A stretch of DNA of 64,000 nt, taken from NCBI GenBank assembly GCA_965248265.1, contig CBDFJF010000002.1:192001-256000 (forward strand), in the 5' to 3' direction. A program made the translations under genes and the position numbers. Source of the DNA: Candidatus Latescibacterota bacterium (GTDB lineage Bacteria > Latescibacterota > UBA2968 > UBA8231). Under the pieces are notes generated by a model, which made no database searches, was not told the origin of the DNA, and saw only the letters and a list, made by a program, of their open reading frames with translations. Positions 11,401 through 22,513 of this stretch are shown here, in pieces (position 1 is the stretch's first letter; each line of letters opens with the position of its first letter).

Positions 11401-13560
11401 CCGCGCCCGCGGCGGATGTGTGGCGCGACGGCAAGCCCCTGCCATGCCTTGTCCACCGTAGCTTGGAGCCCCGCCAAGGCGCGGGACAGGGCCACACGGG
11501 GCGCGCCCAGTGCGCCGGTCATGCCCTGGGCGAGGGTCTTCAGGATCGCCGCGCCCGAAGCGGTCAAGCTGGACAGCGGTCCGGTCTTTGCGTCGGAAAA
11601 CGGCAGCAGAGACCGCAACCGACCCAGCGCCTCTTTGAGCCTTTCCAGCGGATAGCTCACCGCAGCGCGGAGGCCGTTTCCAAGGGCGACCAAGAGGGCC
11701 TTCCCCGCCTCGAAGAAGGTCCGGTCGCCGGCCAGGAAACGGCCCACCGCACCGAACCCGTCCATCAGGGTTTGCACCAGTGGCCAGTTTCTCAAGGCTG
11801 CGGTCACCGCCATCGCAGCCTCCGATACGAACCGGTTGAGGGAGTTGAATAACCCCCGGAGGAAATCCAAGACGCCAATGACCACGTCCCGAGCCCAGCG
11901 AAACGGCGTGACCAGAAAATCCACTAGGGCGCGACCGATGCTTCTGAGTCCATCGAGCACGGAGAGGTTGCCGGCCAGCACCTGCCAGAGGGTGACGGCG
12001 ATGCGCCCCACCATCCGCAACGCCTGCACCAACAGGCGCAGCGGCAGGAAGAATTTGTGGAGGAACCGTGCCGCCGTGACCAGGGCCGTGACCACGGTCT
12101 TGCCCAGCCGCGATGACACCGAGCACGGTGCCGAGGACCGAGCCCAGGGTTCGGTAGGCGGAAGCGTCGGCCGAATCGGCCGCCAGCGAGAAGATACCGG
12201 TGACCCCGGCGATGGCCCCAAACAACCGGCCGAAGGTGGCAACCAGCGCCCGCACGGGCGGTTCGAGGATGTCCCGAATCTTGCCGAAAGCGTGGGCGAA
12301 GGCCTGCCGCAATCCCCTGAAGAATTGCCGCACGCGGTAGTAGACGCGGAACAGCGAAACCACCAGCCCCATGAGGCCGGCCTGCTCGAGGCTTTGGGCG
12401 AGAGCCGTAGACGACGAGTTTCAGGAGGAAAGCCCCCAGCGGACATCGTTCCCATGCCGCCGGTCAGCGACGAGATCAAGGCGCGCACGCCCGAGAAAAC
12501 CCGTTGGATGCGGTTCCACAGCCCGAGGATGGTGTCGCGGATGCCGCCGAGGTTGCTCTCCCAGGATTTTTTCAGCAGGTAGACGGCCAGCACCACGCCG
12601 CCGATGATAGCCACGACCGGAAGAAAGTAGGTGGCAAAGGCCGCGCCGACCCCGGCCACGGAGAGGCCCATGGCAACCAGTCCGGCCTTGATCGCCGGCA
12701 GCATCAAACCGATGGTCCCGGCCGCGGCGATGACCCCGCCCACCACGGTGAGCACGGCGCCGAGCGCCAAGGACAGGGGTCAGGACCACACGGGTCAGCC
12801 CGGGCGCGGCGCGAGCCAGCCCTTGGAAGAACAGCACCATCCGCGAGAATCCCGTCAGGACGGTTGTCACCATGGGCAGAAGGGTGCGGCCCAGGATCTG
12901 CGAAAAGTTGCCGATCTGCTGACCGACGAGCTTGAGCCGGGCACCGATGTCCCGATTCATGGATTGGGCCATCTGTTCGGTCACGGCGGTGCCGGTGCGC
13001 ATGGCGCCCGCAACAGACTGGATGTTGGTCTCCAGCGCCGCCATGCCCTGGGACACTTGCAACAAAAACTTGACGGCCTCGTCGGAGCCGAAGGCCCGCT
13101 TTATTTCAACCTGGGCGGCAGCCTGGGAAAGGTCTGGATATTTCCCCTTGACCTCCTCAAGGATGAGGATGATGCCCTTGAGCCGGCCGCTCGAATCCAC
13201 CAGCGACAGGCCGAGCTTCTCGCCCGCCTCGGAGGCCTTCATGATGAAGGCCTTGTAGAGGGTGCCGGCCTCGGAGCCGGGCATGGTGGTCTGCAGCTGG
13301 CCGAGGATGGCCAGCTGCTCTTGGAGGGGGACGTTGTTGGCGGCAGCCACGGCGCCGATGTTTTTGATGGCGTCGGCCATCTGGCGGCCGTTGGTCTTGA
13401 ACGAGGCCACGGTCTGGGCCATCGCCCCGGCGAAGGTGCCGACCATCTCCTCGGTGGTGGCCTTGGTAGCCTTGCCGGTCAAGGCGGCCATCGCCGTGAA
13501 CGAGCCCACCGCCTCGTCGGTCAAGCTCGACAAGGCGGATTTCACGTCGTAGGGGGCTGG
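8471..13560 (-). pseudogene. Phage tail tape measure protein, multiply frameshifted and 5'-deleted
   Basis: EQLAILGQLQTTMPGSEAGTLYKAF...AFGSDEAV core; repeated LRSLLPFSDAxTGPLSxLTASGAAIL units; C-terminal TLLDGRQVAQSV. It is split over at least 5 frames. Confidence 0.85.
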
Positions 13561-13579
13561 GCCCGCGAGCACGAGGAGG

Positions 13580-13840
13580 GCAAGTGATGAAGGAGATTCT
13601 CAGGGCCGCCAGCACCTCGGCCAGCCGCTCGCCGATCCCGATCAGGCGCTCCCGGTCCGGGTGCTCCGCCGCCTCCAGGGTCTTGTTGGCCTCGGCCACG
13701 TACTCCGGCATGTGGCGGTTGATGGTGTGGATGGCGGCCTCGATGCGCTGAGGCGGCCGCGTCGCGGCACAGGACGCCAGCGAGACCGCCAGCGCGACCA
13801 CCAGGGCCGTCCGGGTCATCGTTCCAACTGTTTTTCTCAT
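13580..13840 (-). pseudogene. Phage lipoprotein N-terminus, joined by deletion to the tape-measure remnant
   Basis: Lipobox LAS-C followed by a helical segment, then an abrupt transition into tape-measure sequence. Confidence 0.55.
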
Positions 13841-13947
13841 GAGAATCCTCCCGGCCCTCGCGGGGCCCGGTCTTTCTGGGTGGATGGGCTTCCGGCGCGC
13901 ACAACGCGTGCATGTGTCAGGCGCATAAGCGCTTGTGAATCAATCAC

Positions 13948-14379
13948 TTGAACCGACCGAAAGGAGGTCACGCCATAACCGACACACTACACGAGGCCGC
14001 CCAGGCCTACCTCGAACACCTCAAGGGCGAGGGGAAGAAGGCACGCACGCTCTACACCTACGGGAAGGACTTCGAGCAGATCGAAGCCTTCTTCGGCACC
14101 GACCGGAAGCTGAAGGGCATCCTGGCGCCGCACGTGGGCAAGTTCTTCCGCTCCGACGCGCTGCTGAAGCTCCCGAGTGGGAAAGAGCGCTCTGAGCCCA
14201 CGGTCAACAAGACCAAGCGGGTGCTGCGCATGTTCCTGGTCTGGGCCCATGAGACCGGCCTGATCGACAAACTGCCCCTGCCCAAGGGCACCGCCATGGG
14301 CCGGAGCGCCAAACAGGAAGGAGGTCGCCAGCATGACGAACGCCGCAAACAGCGCGCTTCGGCTGCTGCCCGGGCCTGA
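13948..14379 (+). CDS. Phage integrase N-terminal SAM-like domain protein
   Basis: EAAQAYLEHLKGEGKKARTLYTYGKDF...TVNKTKRVLRMFLVWA; no catalytic domain; start uncertain. Confidence 0.7.
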   Translation: MNRPKGGHAITDTLHEAAQAYLEHLKGEGKKARTLYTYGKDFEQIEAFFGTDRKLKGILAPHVGKFFRSDALLKLPSGKERSEPTVNKTKRVLRMFLVWAHETGLIDKLPLPKGTAMGRSAKQEGGRQHDERRKQRASAAARA

Positions 14380-15239
14380 GCCGTTCGAGCAGGTGGTCGA
14401 CGCCTTCGGCAGAAGGCTGGCCGCCGAAGGGCGCTCCCCGAACACCATCAGCGCGTACCTGCGGGACCTGCGGCAGCTGACCGAGATCCTGGCGCAGAGC
14501 CACCCGGGGCTTTCCCCGGACCGCGTGACCAGCGCCATGCTCGACGAGGCGTTGACCGCGCCGGCGGTCGTGACCCTGGCTACCGGCAGCCCCCGGTCGC
14601 CGGCGTCGCTGCACCGCTTCAAGGCGGTCGTCCGGTCCTTCTTCGCCTGGGCGGAGGAGAGCGGGCAGGTGGCCGGAGAACCCGGCGCGGTCGGTGACGC
14701 TACGGCGGCTGCCGCGCACCACGCCGAGCTTCCTGACCGAGGCCGAGAAGCGGCGGTTGTGCAAAGAGCTCCGGGGCAGGACCTCGGAGCTAGCGGTCCG
14801 GGATCGGCTCATCGTCGAGCTGTTCCTGGGCACTGGCATCCGGCTGCGGGAGCTGGTCGACCTGGACGTCGGCGACGTGGATCTCGACGCCAAGCATCTG
14901 CGCATCCGCGCCAAGGGCGACGTCCCGCAGGTGAAGTTCCTAAAGTCCACGCTGCGCACCCTCCTGCGGGCCTACCTGAAGGAGCGCCGGCACCGCGGCC
15001 GCGGTGACTGCCGGGCGCTGTTCCTCTCCAACCGCGTCAAGTACTGGCTGCGCCAGGCGGGGATCGACAAGGACGTCAGTCCCCACGGGCTGCGGCACAC
15101 CTTCGTCACCCACCTCTACAGCCGCACCGGCGACATCCTGGTGATCCAGCGGGCGCTGGGTCACCGCGACCTCTCGACCACCGAGATTTACACTCACTTG
15201 GTCGACGACGCCCTCGAGGACGCCCTCGAACGGCTGTAA
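14333..15239 (+). pseudogene. XerC/XerD-like tyrosine recombinase, frameshifted near 14680
   Basis: N-part GRSPNTISAYLRDL...SLHRFKAVVRSFFAW. In another frame: RDRLIVELFLGTGIRLREL, KG, SPHGLRHTFVTHL and LGHRDLSTTEIYTH. Confidence 0.85.
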
Positions 15240-15472
15240 GCGGAGCGATCCAGGCATCGAGCGGCCCTTCGGGGTCGCTTTTCCGTTCACGCCCACGAAG
15301 CAGACAGTCGGAGACAGTGAGCCCACAGTCTCCGCCTGAACACAATTGGCCGGTGTGAGCCGGACAGCATCGGAGCCTTCCGCCGACCGGAAGGATCGAT
15401 TGACCAAAGTTTCCGCCGCGTGCAATTCCACGCGGCGGCCGCTCAAAGAGGCCAGCGTCCGACCGGGGCGGA

Positions 15473-15500
15473 ATTGACGAGAACACGTCTTATCGGACAT
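15473..15500. other. dif-like 28-bp recombination site
   Basis: ATTGACGAGAA-CACGTC-TTATCGGACAT has an 11-6-11 imperfect palindrome layout, ~230 bp downstream of the Xer-like gene. Confidence 0.55.
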
Positions 15501-15574
15501 TCCCGCCGAGAAAAGCGGCGGAAACCCGCGTGTATCGGGGACGTCGCCGTAGGCGGCCCTGGTGTTATCCGCCA

Positions 15575-16063
15575 TCATTTCCGCGTTTTCCGCCGCTTGC
15601 GCGGTTTTCGGGCCGGTTTCGGCTGCGCCTCGGCCAGCTTCTCGAGCAGCGCTGTGGCCCACTCGGCCGGCGTGGTCTGAGGACCTGTGGGGGTGTCGCC
15701 CTCGCGGGCGATCTTGGTGGCCTTCAGGTCCTTCAGATGGCAGCGGATCATCCGGTCGAGCTTCTCGGCCGCGTCCATGTCGCCGTTGATCTGCGCGCGC
15801 ACGAGCTTCACCGAGTAGACCGCCACCAGCTCCACCTGCAGGAAGTCCGAGCTCTTGTTGAACACGAAGTCGTTCCAGAGGCGCTCGATGATCTCGCGGA
15901 AGAGCTCGCGCTCGGAATCGTCCAGGCACTGGTTGGCCCAGATGCCGTGGGTCATGGGGTTCAAGTTGCTCTGGGGGGCCCCGACGCGCTTGGGAGGCTC
16001 CGCGATTCCCTCCGCGCCATGCCAGCGGTCCAGGTTCTGCTGATCCTTCTTGTTCACTGCCAC
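15575..16063 (-). CDS. Putative phage terminase small subunit-like protein
   Basis: GAPQSNLNPMTHG matches the GAPxGNxNAxKHG motif; helical body with a basic tail; phage context. Confidence 0.55.
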   Translation of the reverse strand: MAVNKKDQQNLDRWHGAEGIAEPPKRVGAPQSNLNPMTHGIWANQCLDDSERELFREIIERLWNDFVFNKSSDFLQVELVAVYSVKLVRAQINGDMDAAEKLDRMIRCHLKDLKATKIAREGDTPTGPQTTPAEWATALLEKLAEAQPKPARKPRKRRKTRK

Positions 16064-16835
16064 CGGCCGGCTCCGACGATGTGTTCACGACAGGTCCCAT
16101 TGCTTCCCAATGTCGAGGTCCGGGGCGGAAGACGGATTTCGCTCCTGCCCGATCCTGGCCTGGGATCGGATGCCGGCGACAGACAAGGAAGTCGGACGGT
16201 CTGTTCCCGTGAGCCCGGGCCCGGTCACGGATCGGCCTGGTGCTTAGACGAGCTCGGAACAATGGTGGTCGAGAACCGGATGGGCTTACCCGTCAGCATC
16301 AAGCTGGGGGGCGACTATCCGGCTATCCTGGATGGTGAGGTCACCTTCCTGCACCTGCGGACTCTGGGCGCCGAACCGCTGGCCGATCCACCCGACCTGA
16401 TCGAGGTGAAGGGAGAAGGCTCGGCGACGGTAGCCCTCGGTGACTACTTCGAGGCGGGCGACCCGGGACGTCATGGCTGGAGCGTCGTGATTCGGGACTC
16501 CTGGCGCGAACTACCTGGATCGATGGGTCGAAGGCAACGTCTTCGAGTTCACGGCCGTCGAGCCCACCGCCGTCGAAGCGGTCAGCTGGGCCCGTGTCAA
16601 ACCCTGAGAATAGAGGCCATGTCTTCCGCCAGTACCCCCCGTCGTCCAGGTATCCTCAGGGCGTGGCGATCAACTGGGTGGTTGCTTGCACCGTATTGGT
16701 GTGAGTATGTTCTGGTACAGGGAGGAGCGCTCCGTCCCAGGGATTCCGGAGGCTAGCTATTGACCCCGCCACCATGACCTTGCGCCGTACCGATCGCCGG
16801 TGCGGGCCCAGGTGACCGAATATCAATTGCACACC

Positions 16836-17030
16836 TTGCAGGGGACGAGTACTTCACCGCCCGCACCCTCCTCAACGCCGTCAGCCACCGCCTCACACCC
16901 TCTGCTACCGCTCCGACCTCACCCCCCATCACCGCCTCCTGTTCGAAGGCCGCGCCTTCGACATCGAAGCCGTCCTCCCCGACTCCCGAAAGACCCGCCT
17001 CGTCCTCATGTGCAGCATTCCTCTGGGCGA
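16836..17030 (+). pseudogene. Phage head-closure/head-tail adaptor fragment, preceded by a ~45-bp IS66 scrap
   Basis: GDEYFTARTLLNAVSHRL...YRSDLTPHHRLLFEGRAFDIEAVLPDSRKTRLVLMCS across a frameshift. 16797-16838 reads PVRAQVTEYQLHTL (IS66-like). Confidence 0.55.
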
Positions 17031-17074
17031 CTCGTGGGCTACGGAGAATCGCCGGCCCCGCCGATGTGGGCGCG

Positions 17075-19198
17075 TCACCGCAGGAGCAGGAGCTTGTGCG
17101 CTGTTGTCTGCCCGCCAGCTTCCAGCCGGCACAAGTAGATGCCGCTGCCCACCGGCTGACCCCGATCATCACGGCCGTCCCAGGCAACGCTATGGGTTCC
17201 GGCTGAGCGGGCGCCTCTGGCCAACCGCGCGACGCGCTGACCGCCGAGGTTATATATCGACAGATCGACCTCGGCAACCGACACCAAACCATATTCGACC
17301 ATGGCTACGCCATTGAACGGGTTGGGGTAGGTGTTGAGCAGGCCCCAACCGGCACCAGACGGCCGCCCCTGGTCCTCGGCAATGGCCGTCGACAAATCGG
17401 CGGTTCGGGCGAGCAGCTTGCTGGCGCGCGTGCCGACATAGAGGGTCATGGGCAGCCGCGCTGTGGCGGCAAAGCACTCGATTTCCTGTACGGTCAGCCC
17501 GCTGTTGAATGCTGACCACGAGGTCCCGCCATCCGTGGTCGTCAGCACGCCGTCCTCAAGGGTTGCCAGATACAGTGTCGCGGGGTCGCCGCTACCGACT
17601 GCCAACCCACGGATGCCGGAGATATCCAGATCCGGGCTCAGCGATTCCCACGATGAACCACCATCTACAGTGCGGCACAGAGCGCCACGCTGGCCACCTG
17701 CATACACGGTCCCGGGTGCCGACGGATCAATGGCCAGGCTGAACACGTTCTGCGTTGTTAAGCCTGCGCTGGCGGAGGCCCAGTTACGGCCGCCGTCGCG
17801 GCTCTTGTACACGCCCGCGAGGAAGGGGGCAGCATACAGAACCTGGCCATCGAGCGGATCGATGCATATGTCCAGTACGGACAGGCCTGGCAGCCCCTGA
17901 TTGGCCGGGCTCCATGACGAGCCCCCGTCGCTGCTGACGAACACTCCCTGAGACAGCGTGCAGGCGAAGACTCGGTCCGGATTGCGCCCGTCGCCGGCCA
18001 GGCGGGTGACATGGGTGCCGGCCAAGTGCGTACTGGTCAGCCGCCACGAGCCGCCAGCAAAGTCGCGGCGATAGATGCCGCCATACCCGGCCGCCAAGTA
18101 GAGCACGTCGGGGTCGGGGCCAGCCACGGCGATGGAGACCGGGGACAGACTCGCCAGGCCCGTGTTGATGGCTTGCCAGCTGGCGCCGCCGTCATCGGTG
18201 CGGTAGGCCCCCGCGTCCGTTGCCGCATACAGGCGCCCCGGCGTGACCGCGTCGGCAGCCAGGTCGCGGACAATCACGTGGTTAAGGCCCGTTTCGGCTG
18301 ACGACCAATGGCCACCGCCATCGTCCGTGCGCACCAGGCCACCACGCTTGGCGAAGCCGGTGCCACGTATGAAGGAGGCATAGAGGATACGCGGGTCACC
18401 GGCGTCGCGCTCCAGGCAGTCGGCGTTGTCCAGAACCTCCGAGGCCAGACGGGTCCATGTCGCGCCGCCGTCCGCGGTCCTGAACAGTCCCCCGTCGCTA
18501 AGGAGGGCAGAGGTCGCGTAGACGACGTCGCGATTCAGAGGATCGAAAACGAAGTCGGCGGCCCGAAAGGAGCCGCCCGTTTCCTGCCAGGTACGGCCAC
18601 CATCCTCGCTGCGATGCACCATCCAGGCGGTGCTGGCAAAGACACGGCGTGGGTCGACTGGGTCGACGCCCACGCTTATGCCTGTCTTGCCGGAGAAGTA
18701 GTCGACGGCTGTCCAGGTCCTCCCGTCGTCGTCGCTCCTGCGCAAGCCGCCGCCTCCCGCAACATAGGCTGTGCCTTTGCCCAGAGGGGATGTCTCCAGA
18801 GCGAAGGGGTACTCGCCTAGGTCGACATCGACCGGCTGCCAGGATGCCGCATCGTCGTCGCTCCGAAAGAGGCTGGCCCTAGCGCCTCCGACGACGGCCA
18901 GTACCGTGTGTGGCGACGTGCGCGAGGTGGCCAGGAGGCCCACGTTGATCTCCCCTGCGTCTCCCAGGCCGCGGACGGCCGGGCCCCAGGAATCGCCGCC
19001 GTCCTGGCTCTTGTAGAGCCCGCCTCCGTCCCAGGCGCCCACGTACACCAACTCCGGGTCAAACGAGTTGATGGCTACCTGGCCCAGTTGCTGAGCCCCA
19101 TCAGGGCCCTGCCCAAGGAGGGTCCATCCAACTGCGTGGACGGGCGCATCAGCGGCGGCGAGCGCGAGCAGGAAGGGAACAAGCAGGGATGCTATCAT
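17075..19198 (-). CDS. Secreted BNR/Asp-box (VPS10-like) beta-propeller protein with C-terminal FlgD-Ig domain
   Basis: Start MIASLLVPFLLALAAA; many xxS/TxDGGxxW repeats; C-terminal YPNPFNG...IYNLGGQRV...WDGRDDRGQPVGSGIY. Confidence 0.9.
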   Translation of the reverse strand: MIASLLVPFLLALAAADAPVHAVGWTLLGQGPDGAQQLGQVAINSFDPELVYVGAWDGGGLYKSQDGGDSWGPAVRGLGDAGEINVGLLATSRTSPHTVLAVVGGARASLFRSDDDAASWQPVDVDLGEYPFALETSPLGKGTAYVAGGGGLRRSDDDGRTWTAVDYFSGKTGISVGVDPVDPRRVFASTAWMVHRSEDGGRTWQETGGSFRAADFVFDPLNRDVVYATSALLSDGGLFRTADGGATWTRLASEVLDNADCLERDAGDPRILYASFIRGTGFAKRGGLVRTDDGGGHWSSAETGLNHVIVRDLAADAVTPGRLYAATDAGAYRTDDGGASWQAINTGLASLSPVSIAVAGPDPDVLYLAAGYGGIYRRDFAGGSWRLTSTHLAGTHVTRLAGDGRNPDRVFACTLSQGVFVSSDGGSSWSPANQGLPGLSVLDICIDPLDGQVLYAAPFLAGVYKSRDGGRNWASASAGLTTQNVFSLAIDPSAPGTVYAGGQRGALCRTVDGGSSWESLSPDLDISGIRGLAVGSGDPATLYLATLEDGVLTTTDGGTSWSAFNSGLTVQEIECFAATARLPMTLYVGTRASKLLARTADLSTAIAEDQGRPSGAGWGLLNTYPNPFNGVAMVEYGLVSVAEVDLSIYNLGGQRVARLARGARSAGTHSVAWDGRDDRGQPVGSGIYLCRLEAGGQTTAHKLLLLR

Positions 19199-19760
19199 GG
19201 TCCGCAGGGCCGGGATCTCCACGACCTGGTGACGCTGCGGATGGGGATCGTCGCCGTTCAGCGACTGACCGCAGTGCGGGCAGGCGCTGGGCTTGATCGG
19301 CACCACCGCGTCCACCTGCTCCACCGCCCACAGCGCGCGTCCATGGCTCTTTGTGACCCGGCTGCGCGCCGGGCGACCGACCCGCAGTCGAGCGTTTCGT
19401 GCCGGATCCCTGAGAAGGTTGAGCGGTCGAGGACGACGACGAGCTCTGAGCGCCACCGCGGCCCCGTCCTTTTCGGCGCGCCAGTTCCTTTTCCAACACC
19501 GTGATCCGCGCCGCTTGCTGCTCCACCACCTGCTCGAGGTGGCTGACGCGCTCCCACAAGCTGACCACCAACACCTGCACCGCGGATCGGCGTAGCCTGC
19601 CAGTCGCTGTCGGAGATCGGAAGCTGAGGGGGTTTGTCCACGACGCCGCCCGTATCGGTAGGAACGTGCCAACCAATCAATTGCTCCCAAGATACCAGCG
19701 AACACCAAAACAGAACAGCTCTTTTTCAATTCTTGCTCAATTTCCCGTGGGGGACTGACG
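19199..19760 (-). mobile_element. IS66-family 5' remnant (frameshifted)
   Basis: SDWQATP..VQVLVVSLWERV...GAQPGH...IKPSACPHCGQSLNGDDPHPQRHQVVEIP is paralogous to the IS at 3609-5194. Confidence 0.8.
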
Positions 19761-19888
19761 CTCCGCTCCAACCCGCTCCACAACTTCCCGTCGCGCACCC
19801 GCTTTTCCAAGGACCCATCCGAATGCTTATGGGAAAGCTGGCCGCCGCCTGCGACCGATAGATACCCGACGATGCCGCGAAGACTGGC

Positions 19889-21043
19889 CTACTCAACCGG
19901 GATGATCTCCACGCGGCGGTTCAATGCGCGCCCAGCCGCCGTGGCTTTAGGGCTGGCCGGCTCGCTCTCGCCCTTGGATTCGAGGCGCATACGTCCGGCG
20001 TCAATCCCGTTCGATATCATATAATTCTCGACCGCCAGGCACCGCTTCATGCCCAACTTGGTATTGTACAAGTTGGGGCCACTACTATCGGTGTGGCCCC
20101 GCAGCACCACCGCCACCCCTGGGCGCTCCATCAGATCCTGGGTTACGCCGTCAAGGATCTGTTCGGCTTCGCCGGACAGATCCGCCAAGTTCAGGTCGAA
20201 CAGGACAGTGCGCTGAGCTATGGGCATGGGCATTTCCACGAAGCGCTCCTCGTCCTCCCCTTTTTCTAAGAGATCGATATCGAAGACGGGGCTCAGGTCC
20301 TCGTCGTCGGTATCGGCCGTATCGGGTTCGGTTTGGGGCTGCGTGACTTCCACTTCGTCATCAGTGAATTCGTTTCCGTCCGTATCCATCTGCGCTACGG
20401 AGACCGCCGGAGCGGGCCGACGGGCCGATTTGTCGCCGAAGCGGCCGAGCGTCAGACCGATCGTCCCTCGCCACAAAGCGTCGTTACCTCCGTCTTCGAC
20501 TGCATTGATGGCGTCGCTGAGGGCCATCGTATAGCCGAGAGCGACTTCCAAAGCCAGATTGTCTGATAATTTATACCGGACCCCGGTACCCAACGGAATC
20601 ATGGGAACGGAGCCGATGCCGTCCAGTCCGGGCGTGCGCAAAGGCGAAATATTGGGCTGATCCCAATCGTAGCGCAGGATGCCAATACCGCTGGATAAGT
20701 ATAGATCCCACTGCCTGCGGACGACGGGACTGAACAGGAGGCGGCCGCTGACCATCCCGACATCGACTCCCGAGTCAGAGGAATTGATCCGCTTGTAGCC
20801 TCCGTTCAATTCGAATTGCCATTTGGAAACAATGTCGCGCCGAACATAGATAGATCCCAGTACGTTGATCTCATCTTCTAACTCGGTGGTGGGCAACAGG
20901 CCGCCCACATTGCTTCCGACAGAGAAGCGAGTCAACTCATCGGGGTCGGATTGGGCCGAAGCAGCCGGGGCCAATAGTAAACCCCCTGCGATGAGCGCGA
21001 GAGCCGAGAATAACAAGTGGTGGGGGTATTGTGCGGTTTTCAT
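19889..21043 (-). CDS. OmpA-family outer membrane protein
   Basis: Signal peptide, N-terminal beta-barrel, acidic linker, and C-terminal GHTDSSG...YNTKLGMKR...GESEP...NRRVEI. Confidence 0.92.
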   Translation of the reverse strand: MKTAQYPHHLLFSALALIAGGLLLAPAASAQSDPDELTRFSVGSNVGGLLPTTELEDEINVLGSIYVRRDIVSKWQFELNGGYKRINSSDSGVDVGMVSGRLLFSPVVRRQWDLYLSSGIGILRYDWDQPNISPLRTPGLDGIGSVPMIPLGTGVRYKLSDNLALEVALGYTMALSDAINAVEDGGNDALWRGTIGLTLGRFGDKSARRPAPAVSVAQMDTDGNEFTDDEVEVTQPQTEPDTADTDDEDLSPVFDIDLLEKGEDEERFVEMPMPIAQRTVLFDLNLADLSGEAEQILDGVTQDLMERPGVAVVLRGHTDSSGPNLYNTKLGMKRCLAVENYMISNGIDAGRMRLESKGESEPASPKATAAGRALNRRVEIIPVE

Positions 21044-21059
21044 AACTATATTCCTCCAC

Positions 21060-21123
21060 TATTACTATACATGATTGTCATTTATTACTATACATGATTG
21101 TCATTGATCATTGTCATTGATCA
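21060..21123. repeat. AT-rich tandem duplications upstream of the ompA-like gene
   Basis: TATTACTATACATGATTGTCATT x2 (21060-21105), followed by overlapping ATTGTCATTGATC x2. Confidence 0.85.
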
Positions 21124-21185
21124 AAAAATTGAGATGATGAATAAAATGATGAATCTAATATTTAACTTTGCCTGCAGCAAGTTCT

Positions 21186-22513
21186 CCAGCGCCCCAGGGT
21201 TTTCTTGGACACATTAGAGGGTCCATATGGACCTGAAAGGAGTGTTCGAGATGGTTCGGGTCGGCCGATTCTCCGCTCGTCGAAAGCAGGAGGCGGTGTT
21301 GCGCCTGCTGCGTGGGGAGGACCTGGAGGTCCTGTCCCGGGAGTTGGGTGTGATGGCAGCCACGCTGAGTGAGTGGCGCGAGCAGTTCCTGGGTGGGGGT
21401 GAGTCAGCTCTGCACAGCCGTACTCGTGATGAGCGGGATGAACAGATCGCCCGCCTGAAAGCGAAGGTGGGGGATCTGACGATGGACAACGAGTTGCTGG
21501 AGTCCAAGATCCATCGCCTGGAGGATGGACTCCCTTTGGCATCCCGGAGGTCGAAGCGATGAGCCAGACCCAGTCGCCCTCCAGGAAGCGGCCGTACAGG
21601 CTGCAGCGTGTGTGTCGGGTCTGGCAGTTTCCTCGCTCCACCGTCCACGAGCATCGGCGTCGGGCGGCTCTGCGTCCGGAGGAGCGTCTTGAGCGGAAGA
21701 AACGAGGTCCCCAAGGGCCGTGTACCGACGATGAGCTAGCTGAGAAGATTCGCCAGTTGCTGAAGGCGTCCCCCTTTCACGGGGAAGGCTACCGCAAGAT
21801 GTGGGCCCAGCTGCGGGCGCAGGACATCCGCACCTCGAAGGAGCGTGTACGCCGTGTGATGCGCGAGCACGGCCTGCAGGTGCCGCAACGCGCCGGCCAG
21901 CCAAGGGGCCCGCAAGCACACGACGGGACGATCACCACCGAGCGACCAGACCAGATGTGGGGAACCGACTTGACCACCACCGTGACCACCGGCGAAGGCA
22001 CAGCTACGGTCTTCGTCGCTGTCGACCACTGCAGCTCGGAGTGCATCGGCATTCATGCAGCGGCCACAGGCGACCGTTTCGAGGCCCTGGAGCCGATCCA
22101 CCAGGGAGTCCGCGAACACTTCGGCGGCTTCGACAAGGGTATCGCCGGGGGGCTGCAGCTGCGCCACGATCATGGCTCTGCGTACATGTCCGACCACTTC
22201 CAGAAACAGATCGACTTCCTGGGCATCGAGTCGTCGCCCAGCTTCGTGCGTGCCCCGGAGGGCAATGGCTGCTCCGAGCGATTCATCCGCACCCTCAAAG
22301 AGAATCTCCTGTGGGTCCGATACTTTGCCACGGTCGAAGAGCTCCGTCTTGCCCTGCTCGAATTCAAGAGCAAGAGAGTCTACAACGAGAAATGGCTCCT
22401 CGAGCGACACAACTATCAGACGCCAGACCAGGTGCGCCGTAGCTTCCAGCAGGAGTTGTCCAAGGCGGCCTGACCATCCGCCAAATCAGTGTCCAGAAAC
22501 CCAGGGCTTTACA
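21186..22513 (+). mobile_element. IS3-family insertion sequence (orfA 21227-21562, orfB 21559-22473)
   Basis: HTH orfA and a DDE orfB (WGTD, RHDHGS, GNGCSERF) with ATGA overlap. Imperfect IRs GCCCCAGGGTTTTCTTGGACAC and GTGTCCAGAAACCCAGGGCTTTACA. Confidence 0.88.

Noticed and set aside
3504-13560. Functional extracellular contractile injection system or tailocin
   Set aside because: Tape measure and gpD are broken, sheath and baseplate genes are absent, and head-related and recombinase remnants indicate a prophage.
17075-19810. 911-aa transposase-propeller fusion protein
   Set aside because: Chance in-frame read-through from an IS66 remnant; the signal-peptide start is at 19198.
21060-21123. 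CRISPR array
   Set aside because: Two abutting copies with no spacers and no cas genes.
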